Positions 51,097-59,988 of a stretch of DNA of 64,000 nucleotides are shown here, one piece after another. Both the position numbers and the translations under genes were made by a program. The stretch's first letter is position 1. Every line of letters starts with the position of its first letter. Source of the stretch: an uncultured Gammaproteobacteria bacterium. GTDB taxonomy: Bacteria; Patescibacteriota; Patescibacteriia; Patescibacteriales; WJLG01. Location: the NCBI GenBank assembly GCA_964547855.1, contig CAZJPG010000001.1, positions 1,337 through 65,336 on the forward strand. The letters run 5' to 3'. The notes below the pieces were generated by a model. The model searched no databases. It worked only from the letters and a program-made list of their open reading frames with translations, and was not told where the DNA came from.

Positions 51097-52857
51097 TTAG
51101 CCAGTCCAACAATACATCATAATGGAAAAATCGACCAAGTTGACTTTGCCATCTTTGTTAATGTCCGATGTGGCGTTGGTTGTTCCCCAGTAATACATTA
51201 AAATGGAAAAATCGACCAAGTTGACTTTGCCATCGTTATTAAGATCGGATCTAGCACAAGGACTTTCTTCTGTGGCGTTCTCGCCCACACCACATCTTAC
51301 GGTATCACCATAGAGACTCCAACCATATTTATCATGTAGCGTTCTAGCCTTGAATTCATATGTTCCTTTTTCCAAGCCAGCTGTTGACACCGACATAGTC
51401 CATCTACCATCGGCGCCACTAGACGTATCTTGTGTCCCAATGGTCTTTTTCTGTGATGGCATATAGATCAAAACTTCGACCTTCTTCCCGGGAATCGATT
51501 GACCAAACAAGCCAACATTAGTACCTAAGTCGACGTAATCGCTCTGCAATCTTATTGTCGGTGGTATCAGAATATTTGATATTATGGTCTGCGTATTATC
51601 CTCCATCCAAAAAGTCGAAGTTTGCGGAGCAGATTTTATGCCATCACTATCCCTAGCCCAAACCACGTAAGTATACAACCCTTTGGTCAGATCTTGGGCT
51701 GTGTACATAAAAGATCCATCGGCCCCAGCACTGACATCACCAGCTTTCTTGTCATTCTGCAAAACAGTTATCAGCGACGATGGATATGCCCATCCTGATA
51801 AAGTCAAATCAGGCGGGTAAGGCTCATCTACAGGGAATTTTTGAAAACGCCCAGCACCGCTTCCACTTCCACCACCGCTTCCACCACTAGAGCTACCTCC
51901 GGCAGTACCGCCACCAGTGCCTGTGCCTGTGCCGCCACCCTCACCACCACCTGTGCCGCTGCCTCGGGCCGCAATGAAAAAATCTATAACATAATCAGTC
52001 GAGTCTTGAATCAACGTAGAGGTCTCTCGGCAACGAACATAATAAGTATAGTGCATAGCGCTCATAAGTCCGGTCAAAAGGACTGTATGATAAACACCAT
52101 CACTGGTAAAAAAAACGTCTGTCATCGAACTCCAAGCTGTTCCAGAAGCAGTCGAATAACGACAAGCGGCCGGATAGTTGGTCGTAAGAGACATGATAGT
52201 CGTGACCGTCCAAGACTCCAAAACGCCATTAGGCAAACCGTTCCCCCTTATCTTTGGCATATACGTAGTAACCGCTACTGGGTTTATCATCACCACAAAA
52301 GTCTTTCCGCGATCAAGAAGACTACTGCCGGAATCGTAAGTTTTAATCTCGACAGGATAAGAACCGGTTGACGTCGCATTGATTATCTTAGTGTCTCCAG
52401 CCTCACCAAAAGTAGCATTAGTTCCTAAATCTAGTCTTATCCTACTCCCGGCCGGTATACCAGACATGGAATTCAAAACTATATCAAGCCCGCCCCCAGT
52501 ACCAGTGGCTACAGAAACTCCGTCATCCCAAGCACCAACCGAAGAAGCTAGGCTGCGGTCGAAAAAATTTAACGTTCCAGAAGCGGCTGAAGCTAGATCG
52601 ACATCGCTGTAATCAAAGGCAGCCGGCACTGTCAGGCCATAGGGAAAAACGACCGATATCATACCTGATGGCGGAATGGCGTTAGGGGTTATAAAATTGA
52701 TGCTTTGGTTGGAAGACGTCGCCGGATGCGAATACTCGAGCTGGTCGTAAACTCTATATAGTCCAGCTTGAGCATTATTGGTAAAAAACAAAAAAAATGA
52801 GACCAAAAGACAAGCTGCTCTCAAAATCTTCTTCTTATTGGCAAAAACATGGAGCAT
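51097..52857 (-). CDS. secreted beta-rich protein with Gly-rich linker and C-terminal dockerin-like module
   Basis: 586 aa with a signal peptide (NNAQAG). The linker is GSGTGGGEGGGTGTGTGGGTAGGSSSGGSGGGSGSGAG. The C-terminus is DLNNDGKVNLVDFSILMYYW...DINKDGKVNLVDFSIMMYCWTG. Confidence 0.65.
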   Translation of the reverse strand: MLHVFANKKKILRAACLLVSFFLFFTNNAQAGLYRVYDQLEYSHPATSSNQSINFITPNAIPPSGMISVVFPYGLTVPAAFDYSDVDLASAASGTLNFFDRSLASSVGAWDDGVSVATGTGGGLDIVLNSMSGIPAGSRIRLDLGTNATFGEAGDTKIINATSTGSYPVEIKTYDSGSSLLDRGKTFVVMINPVAVTTYMPKIRGNGLPNGVLESWTVTTIMSLTTNYPAACRYSTASGTAWSSMTDVFFTSDGVYHTVLLTGLMSAMHYTYYVRCRETSTLIQDSTDYVIDFFIAARGSGTGGGEGGGTGTGTGGGTAGGSSSGGSGGGSGSGAGRFQKFPVDEPYPPDLTLSGWAYPSSLITVLQNDKKAGDVSAGADGSFMYTAQDLTKGLYTYVVWARDSDGIKSAPQTSTFWMEDNTQTIISNILIPPTIRLQSDYVDLGTNVGLFGQSIPGKKVEVLIYMPSQKKTIGTQDTSSGADGRWTMSVSTAGLEKGTYEFKARTLHDKYGWSLYGDTVRCGVGENATEESPCARSDLNNDGKVNLVDFSILMYYWGTTNATSDINKDGKVNLVDFSIMMYCWTG

Positions 52858-52901
52858 GGAGCATGGAACAAAAAACTCTTACTCCCTACTCTTTACTCCT
52901 T

Positions 52902-53309
52902 TTATTGTCTTTTTTCTAACTTCTCAAGCTCTCTAGACCTCTTTGAGTCAAAATAAAAGTTAGCCAACACTAAACAGAACATTAAAACTAGACCGATTAT
53001 TATTCCAAGAGTGACCCGGCTTCTCCAAACACTATTCTCTCGCTCCATCGCCAAGGCTCTTTCATCCAAAAACTTTTCCTTCTCATTCAATTGCTTCTCT
53101 TTTTCATCTAGCTGCATAGCCAGCTTGTTTATAGGATTGACTGGAACAGAGGCTGAATTCGTTATCGATGTGGCTGCTTGAAGTTTTTCGCCTAAAAAGA
53201 AAACGGGGCGCAAAGGATTGAGGAACATAGCAAAAAGACAAAAAGAAAAGACCACAGCCAGAAAAAAGACTACGGTGTTGCGCCAAATTTTTTTTAATAA
53301 TCTGATCAT
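52902..53309 (-). CDS. small membrane protein with coiled coil
   Basis: 135 aa. A TM, then QLDEKEKQLNEKEKFLDERALAMERE, then a second TM. Confidence 0.5.
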   Translation of the reverse strand: MIRLLKKIWRNTVVFFLAVVFSFCLFAMFLNPLRPVFFLGEKLQAATSITNSASVPVNPINKLAMQLDEKEKQLNEKEKFLDERALAMERENSVWRSRVTLGIIIGLVLMFCLVLANFYFDSKRSRELEKLEKRQ

Positions 53310-53344
53310 GGTTGCGTTTTTTATCCCTCCTCGATCAAATAACT

Positions 53345-54223
53345 TTATTTTTTAGCGTCCTTAACACAGCGAAATCCGACACCTGTTCCAGAGAACGTCG
53401 GCTCCGTAACGGCATAGAAAGAATATTGCCCAGCCTCAGAACCATTACCCCAATACCCGCCGCGAGCTATGCCGCGAACACCTTTGGTCTTAAGCCAAAC
53501 ATAATCATTATTATATGATTCACTGGGATTATCCGGATCGACCTCCAGTGGTAAACCATCGACAGAAACGACTTTAACATAACCATTCTCTGGCATAGTG
53601 ACGTCTTTATATACACCATCACTAACCTCTCCTTTGACCCACTCCCAAACATTGCCGATCATGTCATAAGCCCCAGAATATGAAAAGCAACTAGCAGCTG
53701 AGCCGCTTAAGCCAGGCTGTGATGTCCAATTATTTTTAACCTGGCAATCATCTTCATTCCAGCCACTGGTCTTATCAGGTGTCCCCATGGCCGCAGCGAA
53801 CCATTCCTCATTAGTAGGCAAACGCTTACCAGCTTTAGCGCAAATATTCACTGCTTGGATCTGGGTCAAATTACGCCAAGGCATGCGACCATCGGCAGAT
53901 TCTGCCTGGCAATCAGGCTGGTTTAAATTAAGTGCCGTCTCTTTTTCATTAGAAGGATCATTGTATGAACATTTTGCACCAGCCGAATCCTCATATTTAT
54001 CTATGCAAAACCCACCACCCTCATATTCGACCAAGACCATATCCGAAGGGCAAGGACCTTCTTTCTCTCCAGCAAAAACACGACCGACGATCGATTGGCC
54101 AAAATCGCCGCGATGATCGGCCGCATCCACAGCCAAAGACACCATCAAAACTGATAGCACTATCACTAAAGCGAATTTAAAAGCCTTACCGAACATAGAC
54201 ACTGTTAAATCATTAAATACCAA
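53345..54223 (-). CDS. membrane-anchored FGE-sulfatase (SUMF1/EgtB/PvdO) domain protein
   Basis: 292 aa. GAYDMIGNVWEWV, RGGYWGNGSEAGQYS and GFRCVK. An N-terminal TM. TTG start; ATG 54196 is an alternative. Confidence 0.7.
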   Translation of the reverse strand: MVFNDLTVSMFGKAFKFALVIVLSVLMVSLAVDAADHRGDFGQSIVGRVFAGEKEGPCPSDMVLVEYEGGGFCIDKYEDSAGAKCSYNDPSNEKETALNLNQPDCQAESADGRMPWRNLTQIQAVNICAKAGKRLPTNEEWFAAAMGTPDKTSGWNEDDCQVKNNWTSQPGLSGSAASCFSYSGAYDMIGNVWEWVKGEVSDGVYKDVTMPENGYVKVVSVDGLPLEVDPDNPSESYNNDYVWLKTKGVRGIARGGYWGNGSEAGQYSFYAVTEPTFSGTGVGFRCVKDAKK

Positions 54224-54243
54224 ACATCAAATAAATAGGGCTA

Positions 54244-55179
54244 TTATTTAACACATCGAAAGCCTACTCCAACACCAGCATAGGACGGCTCCGTAACTAC
54301 ATACATCGAATATTGCCCAGCCTCGGAGCCATTGCCCCAGTACCCACCGCGAGCTATACCACGACTACCGGTCTTTTTCAGCCAGACATAATCGTGATAA
54401 TAATTTTCATCACCTATCTCTGGATCTGTTTCGGTCGGGAATCCATTTGAATCGAAACCCTTAACATATCCTTCTGACGGCAACTCCCTGCCATCTATCA
54501 TACCATCGCTAACGACCCCATCGACCCACTCCCATACATTACCTATCATATCATAAACCCCAGAGGCCGATACACAGTTCTTACCGCTACCAGACGCTCC
54601 AGGCTGCGCTTCCCAATTATTTTTCACTTGGCAATCGCTATCCTTCCATCCAGTCAATTTATCTGGCGTGCCCAAGGCCGCCCTCACCCATTCGTCATTG
54701 GTCGGTAAGCGTTTTCCGGCCTTAGCGCAAGCTACGGCAGCTTGATTTTGCGATATATTACGCCATGGTAACTTGCCAGCCTCGGAGACTGGGCGACAAT
54801 CTGGATTTTCTATGTTTTTAAAAGTTTCGTTTTGATTAGCAGGATCGACATTGTTGCAACCGACACCGGCTGAATTCTCATATTTATCCATACAAAAACC
54901 ACCGGTCGGAGATGATACGAAGACCATGCCTGAAGGACACAAGGATCCTTCGCCTTGATCGTCTTTACCGCCAAACAAACGATCACTGGCTTTTATTCCG
55001 GCCGTAGTCAAACAGATGGCGAACACGACCACCAAAACAGTCTTCCACCAACCACTCTTTTTTTTCAATGGCAATTCACGCTGCCTCCTGCTAACCTCAG
55101 CATACACAAAATCATCGGATTGATCCTCGGTCCGAGTCGAGACTCTTATTCTTTTTCTTAAATCTATTACATCACTCAT
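54244..55179 (-). CDS. membrane-anchored FGE-sulfatase (SUMF1/EgtB/PvdO) domain protein, tandem paralogue
   Basis: 311 aa. GVYDMIGNVWEWV, RGGYWGNGSEAGQYS and GFRCVK. A ~45-aa cytoplasmic N-tail precedes the TM. It starts 3 nt after the upstream stop. Confidence 0.7.
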   Translation of the reverse strand: MSDVIDLRKRIRVSTRTEDQSDDFVYAEVSRRQRELPLKKKSGWWKTVLVVVFAICLTTAGIKASDRLFGGKDDQGEGSLCPSGMVFVSSPTGGFCMDKYENSAGVGCNNVDPANQNETFKNIENPDCRPVSEAGKLPWRNISQNQAAVACAKAGKRLPTNDEWVRAALGTPDKLTGWKDSDCQVKNNWEAQPGASGSGKNCVSASGVYDMIGNVWEWVDGVVSDGMIDGRELPSEGYVKGFDSNGFPTETDPEIGDENYYHDYVWLKKTGSRGIARGGYWGNGSEAGQYSMYVVTEPSYAGVGVGFRCVK

Positions 55180-55182
55180 GGT

Positions 55183-56238
55183 TTATTTCTTTTTTCTCAA
55201 ATCGACGGTACCAGAACGCCTTGGAGTTGGGCGTCTACTTATCGGCCCCCTAGTGACTTTTTTATCCATAACACCCATCTCCTTTTGCAGACTCCTGACA
55301 GATTGTCTTACGTATAATTTGATCACAAACAACAATAACAATATCAAGCCCACTAACGAAGCCACGGCTACGGACAGCCACTTCCAATCAACCGACCAAA
55401 AATATACGAACCTATTGTCGGTTTGAATGGCCTCTTGCCCAAAAGAAACCGCTAGCTCGGCTTTATACCTATTAAAGAGAAAAAAATCATCGTCCTTCCA
55501 AGGAATATCCCATTCCCTCTCTCCATTAGGCAAAACATTCCCGTAGTCCTTTTTATTATTGAATTCAAGCACTTCGCCCTTTTGCTTTCCGAACATATCG
55601 ACCACTTTAATAGTGCCTTGAGGACGAAGGTGAATATTGCCAAGATTTTCGAATTTAACTTTGAATATATTTTCAGCCGTACCAGCTATCGCCTTTTGAG
55701 TGGAGAACTCCCTGATCATTCCTTTTTCCTTAACCTCCCCCTCGACCCTGGCCAATATAAGACATGATATTTTCGAAGCTATTTTGACCACAGAGCCTTG
55801 CTCCTGATCGTCCGGCGGATTGGTGCCCACCAACAAGGCGGCATAGTGGCCACCCGGATTCGCACCCTCTGGCACACTGATTACAAAAGGTATTTTTTCG
55901 CTACGATACGGGGCCAAATCGACCTCGGTCTTTGTCAATGTCACCCATCTACTCATGTACATATTATATGAATCCGGATCATTCCCGATGTCTTCTGAAT
56001 ATAAAAATTCAACACCATTGCCGTTGTCTTGAAAATCGACCGCCTCAATATACACCTTGAGTGGCCGGCTATTGTTGTTGACGACACTTATCTCGGTCGC
56101 CACCTCTTGCTTCGGCGTTAAATTTATATTGATCAATGGCGGAGTGACGCTTAAAGCCAAAGAATCGGCCTGAGCTAAAGCTGTGGCCGGAATGGCTAAA
56201 AACAAAAAAAATAAGTTTATTACAAATAAACGCCTCAT
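55183..56238 (-). CDS. DUF916/DUF3324-like (CscA-like) surface protein, paralogue 3
   Basis: 351 aa. Signal peptide, LSVTPPLININLTPKQEVATEISVVNNNSRPLKVYIEAVDF, GANPGGHYAALLVG, ENLGNIHLRPQG, a C-terminal TM and a basic tail. Its ATG overlaps the upstream TGA (ATGA at 56235..56238). Confidence 0.5.
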   Translation of the reverse strand: MRRLFVINLFFLFLAIPATALAQADSLALSVTPPLININLTPKQEVATEISVVNNNSRPLKVYIEAVDFQDNGNGVEFLYSEDIGNDPDSYNMYMSRWVTLTKTEVDLAPYRSEKIPFVISVPEGANPGGHYAALLVGTNPPDDQEQGSVVKIASKISCLILARVEGEVKEKGMIREFSTQKAIAGTAENIFKVKFENLGNIHLRPQGTIKVVDMFGKQKGEVLEFNNKKDYGNVLPNGEREWDIPWKDDDFFLFNRYKAELAVSFGQEAIQTDNRFVYFWSVDWKWLSVAVASLVGLILLLLFVIKLYVRQSVRSLQKEMGVMDKKVTRGPISRRPTPRRSGTVDLRKKK

Positions 56239-57230
56239 TTTTTAAGGTTTATCACGTAACCGTTGCGGCCTTTTTCAGCCGTATCATTATCGCCCCCCTC
56301 TTTTCTCATTCTTCTTTTATTTATCAAAACAGCTAAATACCCAATCAACGACAGTAAAAGAACGATTAGTATCGTCAATACGACAGCTGGCAAGTACAAG
56401 ACATAAATTATGTCCTGTAACTCCTTATTACCATCGCCATATTCGCCTAAAAATTTAACTTTATACCTTCCAGGGGTCCCTAAAAATTTTATTTCGACCG
56501 AATAATCCCCAACTTGGTCCGGTTTAATCGTTTGTCCGCCGATCGAAACGGATGATAGCTCCTTGCCGTTCTTAGTATAAAGAAGTACATCCCCTTTGGG
56601 TGTTACGGGGCGATTGCCTATGTTCTTTATCTTCAAAGAAAAACCAAGAGGTGATTTTGTCAAAATAGGCGAAATCGGCTTAAATTCTGAAACCTCCGCC
56701 CTTTCAATGATGTGGGCCTTGATAGTAAGATTTATCGTTATTTTAGCCTCGTTATATTTTTCGGCCGCCTCTGCCGCACCCAACTGCGTCGATCCGCGAC
56801 TAAGGATTATCACAGCCTGATAAGAACCCTCCTTGGCATTAGGGGATGGTCTAACCCTAAGCTTTTGAATATTTTCTTGTCCAGGAGCCAATTCTATGAC
56901 TGAACGCTTGAAATCTATCCATTTAGCCAAAGAAGAATCTTGATTCAACGATTGATCGTCGTAATATTTATAGACTCCGTCGACGCCCACCTCGTACACT
57001 AAAGGATATAGCCCCACATTACCCGACTCAAGGTTGTTTTTTATCTTAATATCATATTCGGCGACATCGACCTTCTCCATCTCCCTAATTATCGTCGGCG
57101 AGACTGGCGGGGTGGACAAGATGACAGTATAATCGGAATCACCGTTACTAGCGGCTAATAACGTCGTCGGCCAAACGCAAAATACGGCCATCAAAACTAG
57201 AAATATTTTTTTTATTCCGATCTTATGCAT
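56235..57230 (-). CDS. DUF916/DUF3324-like (CscA-like) surface protein, paralogue 2
   Basis: 331 aa. Signal peptide, two beta-rich halves (KNIGNRPVTPKG), a C-terminal TM and the tail KRRMRKEGG. Confidence 0.5.
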   Translation of the reverse strand: MHKIGIKKIFLVLMAVFCVWPTTLLAASNGDSDYTVILSTPPVSPTIIREMEKVDVAEYDIKIKNNLESGNVGLYPLVYEVGVDGVYKYYDDQSLNQDSSLAKWIDFKRSVIELAPGQENIQKLRVRPSPNAKEGSYQAVIILSRGSTQLGAAEAAEKYNEAKITINLTIKAHIIERAEVSEFKPISPILTKSPLGFSLKIKNIGNRPVTPKGDVLLYTKNGKELSSVSIGGQTIKPDQVGDYSVEIKFLGTPGRYKVKFLGEYGDGNKELQDIIYVLYLPAVVLTILIVLLLSLIGYLAVLINKRRMRKEGGDNDTAEKGRNGYVINLKK

Positions 57231-57241
57231 GGCTATTATCC

Positions 57242-58393
57242 TTAGAAAAGAAGGAAATACATTATAGACATTATAACGGCGGCGATAGCCAACAACAGGA
57301 AGAAGGTCGAGAAATATCCACCAGATTTGGAATGTCTGGAATGGCTCGCCCTATGACCACCACCCATTCTCTCTATGGCCTCTTTTATAGCTCGGCGCTT
57401 ATACATCTTCAATATGAACACGAAGAGAATGACGACCAACGCCACGCTCAAAACGAAAGTCGCGACCATCTTCATAGGCAAGACCCAAAAATAACGCACC
57501 ATAGTCATACTCTTTCTTCCTTCGCCCCCCTTATCCGCGGACAATCCGTAACTTAAAGCCAAAGACGCCTCATATTTTCCGAAACCGAAATTCTCTTCCC
57601 AAGAGTTCTTATACTCTCTATTGCTATTTGGCAAAACATTATTGCGATCCTCATTGACCATCAACGAAGCCACCTTTTTCCCGAACATATTCTTTATTTC
57701 GATCAAACCGGCCGGCTGAATGTGGACATTCCCCAAGTTCTCTATCTTAGTCGTGAAATCGACCTTAAAAGGAGCTGAATAAACACCTTTGTCGGTCTTA
57801 AACTCTCTTATATCAGCCCGCTCGTCGGTCTCGCCTTCCACTCGCAATAAAATCAAAGAGGTCGCTTGCTGCGCTATACCGACCGCGGCTCCTTTTTCGG
57901 CCTCTCCCGGCTTAGTCTTCGGCGCCTGCGTTCCAAAAACGATCGCTCCATAATAACCTCCTGGTCCGACATTGTCAGGAACGCTTATAGTGAAAGGAAC
58001 GGAAATCTCTTCTCCGGGAGCGAACTTTATCGGTTCGCTGGTGATATTTATCCATGAAGAGATGTAATTGCCGGACTCGGTTCCGGGAACTATGAGCTCC
58101 GGAGAACCCTTTTCGTCGGCCGCTCGAAAATCTCTCAAGTAAGCATACATCTCCAACTCTTGACCAGATTTATTCGTCACCCTCAATTCGCGACTTATGA
58201 AGTCTCCTGGCTTTACCAAGAAGGGGCCATCGCCACCTAGGACAGCCGGCACTATCTTGATTCCGATCTGCGACTGCGCTTGAGCTGTTGGCGCTAAGTT
58301 AAAAGAGATTATGGCCGTCAGACCGATAACCAAAAGAGCTGCCTTTTTCCACTTGTGCATACAAAAAATCAAAATCCTGTCGCAAGCTCCCAT
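57242..58393 (-). CDS. DUF916/DUF3324-like (CscA-like) surface protein, paralogue 1
   Basis: 383 aa. IKIVPAVLGGDGPFLVKPGDFISRELRVTNKSGQELEMYAYLRDF, NVGPGGYYGAIVFG, ENLGNVHIQPAG, and two C-terminal hydrophobic segments. ATG sits 4 nt after AAGGAC. Confidence 0.5.
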   Translation of the reverse strand: MGACDRILIFCMHKWKKAALLVIGLTAIISFNLAPTAQAQSQIGIKIVPAVLGGDGPFLVKPGDFISRELRVTNKSGQELEMYAYLRDFRAADEKGSPELIVPGTESGNYISSWINITSEPIKFAPGEEISVPFTISVPDNVGPGGYYGAIVFGTQAPKTKPGEAEKGAAVGIAQQATSLILLRVEGETDERADIREFKTDKGVYSAPFKVDFTTKIENLGNVHIQPAGLIEIKNMFGKKVASLMVNEDRNNVLPNSNREYKNSWEENFGFGKYEASLALSYGLSADKGGEGRKSMTMVRYFWVLPMKMVATFVLSVALVVILFVFILKMYKRRAIKEAIERMGGGHRASHSRHSKSGGYFSTFFLLLAIAAVIMSIMYFLLF

Positions 58394-58438
58394 TTCGTCC
58401 TTACAACAGGTATTTAGTTTTACTTTTTATTTAATATT

Positions 58439-58467
58439 ATTTTACCAATTTTCACTGGTTTACTCAA
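58439..58467 (-). promoter_or_regulatory. putative promoter TTGAGT-17-(TGG)TAAAAT
   Basis: Minus read TTGAGTaaaccagtgaaaatTGGTAAAAT, ~45 nt upstream of ATG 58393. Confidence 0.5.
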
Positions 58468-58486
58468 CACTTTTCTGTTGGCTAAT

Positions 58487-58495
58487 TGTGGATAA
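58487..58495 (-). promoter_or_regulatory. perfect TTATCCACA 9-mer (DnaA-box consensus) 19 nt upstream of the -35; function unknown
   Basis: Minus read ctttTTATCCACAATTAGcc. It shares 13 of 14 nt with the copy at 59984..59997. Confidence 0.3.
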
Positions 58496-58528
58496 AAAGA
58501 TACTTCTCCCACTTTTGATGATTATTAT

Positions 58529-58567
58529 TAAAAAAACACCCCTCCCGGGTTACCCTGGGAGGGGTGT
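58529..58567 (-). terminator. strong rho-independent terminator of the 346-aa gene
   Basis: Minus read ACACCCCTCCCagggtaaccCGGGAGGGGTGTTTTTTT, with an 11-bp GC-rich stem. Confidence 0.85.
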
Positions 58568-58624
58568 TATAGATATATCCAATATATCTACAAATTGGAT
58601 TAACCTAATATCCTAGCCCAAACC

Positions 58625-59665
58625 TTAATAGGTCGGAGTGCAGATATAGGTTAGAGTGTTGCTATAATCACCAGCTTCCTGCAAGGCATTGATCTCAATC
58701 CTATACGCTACGGTAGTCAAACCGATATCATCGGCCGCTCCATCAGCCGGACCATCGTGATACATAACCTGGATCGGATTAGTACCATTAAAGCCCATCC
58801 ACTCATCAGCTCCGAACAAATCGCCACCAGTCAAGGTGCTATCATCGGAACTTAAGCCGAAATGACCATAGGTGTTCTCACTTCCGAGAGTCCCGGTAGG
58901 AGACGCCCAAGCCGTTCCGACGGCAGCGGGTGTGCCGTCCACGAAGGAGTCAATGTCTGCCCCGTTGTTAGCAAGAAGATTATGATCCTGGAAGACAGTT
59001 ACCGTGTAACCATAGTAGGCGTTAGTAGTAACCCTAAGCTGCTGACCGAGCGTAGAAGGTGTTCCGACCTCCAAAGTGCCGAATGGCAAAGTTTGAGAAG
59101 TGGAAGAACCAGTTGTCAACTCATCATTAATCTCCGAAGACGTGGCTAGACCACCGACGAAGAACGTCAAAGTGGCTTCGACAGTCGCCGTTACGGTCAC
59201 ATCATTGACAATGGCTATTCTAACCGTAGAATGCTCTATTTCCGCAGCTGAACCATCTCTGGTATAAATATGTACTAAATAACTACCTATGGCTCCAGGA
59301 TTGGTAGTGCCAGTCAAAGTGATGGTGTATGAACCAGCGTCCAAAGGACTCGCATACGTACACGTAACCGTATTACCCGAACCTCCAGCAACTCCGGAGG
59401 AAGGACAAGTCAGGTTAGCCGAGTTAATTCCAGTTATGTTGTCATCGAAAACGATTTCAAAATAACCAGTGGCCGGGATCGTCGCAGTCGTAGCCGCTAA
59501 AATGGTGTGGGTAACAGAACCGACACCAACATCTGAATCACTAATCGTGTCCTGCGCCAACTCAAAAGAAGCTGCCTCACCGACAGACGGAACGACCAAA
59601 GCCTGAACGAAGACCAACGAGAACATCACTATAGCAACGATAAACTTCTGCCTTTTTAGTTTCAT
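58625..59665 (-). CDS. secreted beta-rich protein carrying the shared C-terminal module with a WxL-like terminal motif
   Basis: 346 aa with a signal peptide (SVGEAAS). Module ATLTFFVGG...LPFGTLEVG...LRVTTNAYYGYTVTVF...QEAGDYSNTLTYICTPTY. Compare QQAGSFQTNIVYILVPEY at the end of the 60042 gene. Confidence 0.6.
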   Translation of the reverse strand: MKLKRQKFIVAIVMFSLVFVQALVVPSVGEAASFELAQDTISDSDVGVGSVTHTILAATTATIPATGYFEIVFDDNITGINSANLTCPSSGVAGGSGNTVTCTYASPLDAGSYTITLTGTTNPGAIGSYLVHIYTRDGSAAEIEHSTVRIAIVNDVTVTATVEATLTFFVGGLATSSEINDELTTGSSTSQTLPFGTLEVGTPSTLGQQLRVTTNAYYGYTVTVFQDHNLLANNGADIDSFVDGTPAAVGTAWASPTGTLGSENTYGHFGLSSDDSTLTGGDLFGADEWMGFNGTNPIQVMYHDGPADGAADDIGLTTVAYRIEINALQEAGDYSNTLTYICTPTY

Positions 59666-59808
59666 AATTTATTTTGCTTTTAACCTAAGACAAATAGTTA
59701 AAGCGGCATTCAATAAGGACTGCCGATGATTCGACCTTTCAAGCCCCAAGGGCCCGTTAACTAGAAACGGGGCTATCCGGAGTTTTTCTTATATCCTGCT
59801 TATCTACA

Positions 59809-59837
59809 ATTATACCATATTTCAAGACAGTTGTTAA
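59809..59837 (-). promoter_or_regulatory. putative strong promoter TTAACA-17-(TGG)TATAAT with a ~140-nt leader
   Basis: Minus read TTAACAactgtcttgaaataTGGTATAAT. Confidence 0.55.
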
Positions 59838-59988
59838 CAATCTGCAATTTTGTCAAATAAGCGGATAAATTCTTAATAACTTTTTCTTGCAATCAATCTA
59901 TTAGCCAATTTTAAATAAAAAATGGCAATGAGCAAAACTGAATCAGCCAGCAGATAACCCCCTTAACTAGCAACCGTCCTGTTCTAGT

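Noticed and set aside
52858-52901. Short direct repeat catgctc-catgctc-catg at the start of the 586-aa dockerin gene, considered as a possible phase-variation tract.
   Set aside because: There are only about 2.5 copies of a 7-mer. A 7-nt unit could shift the frame, but the tract is too short to argue for slipped-strand switching without population data.
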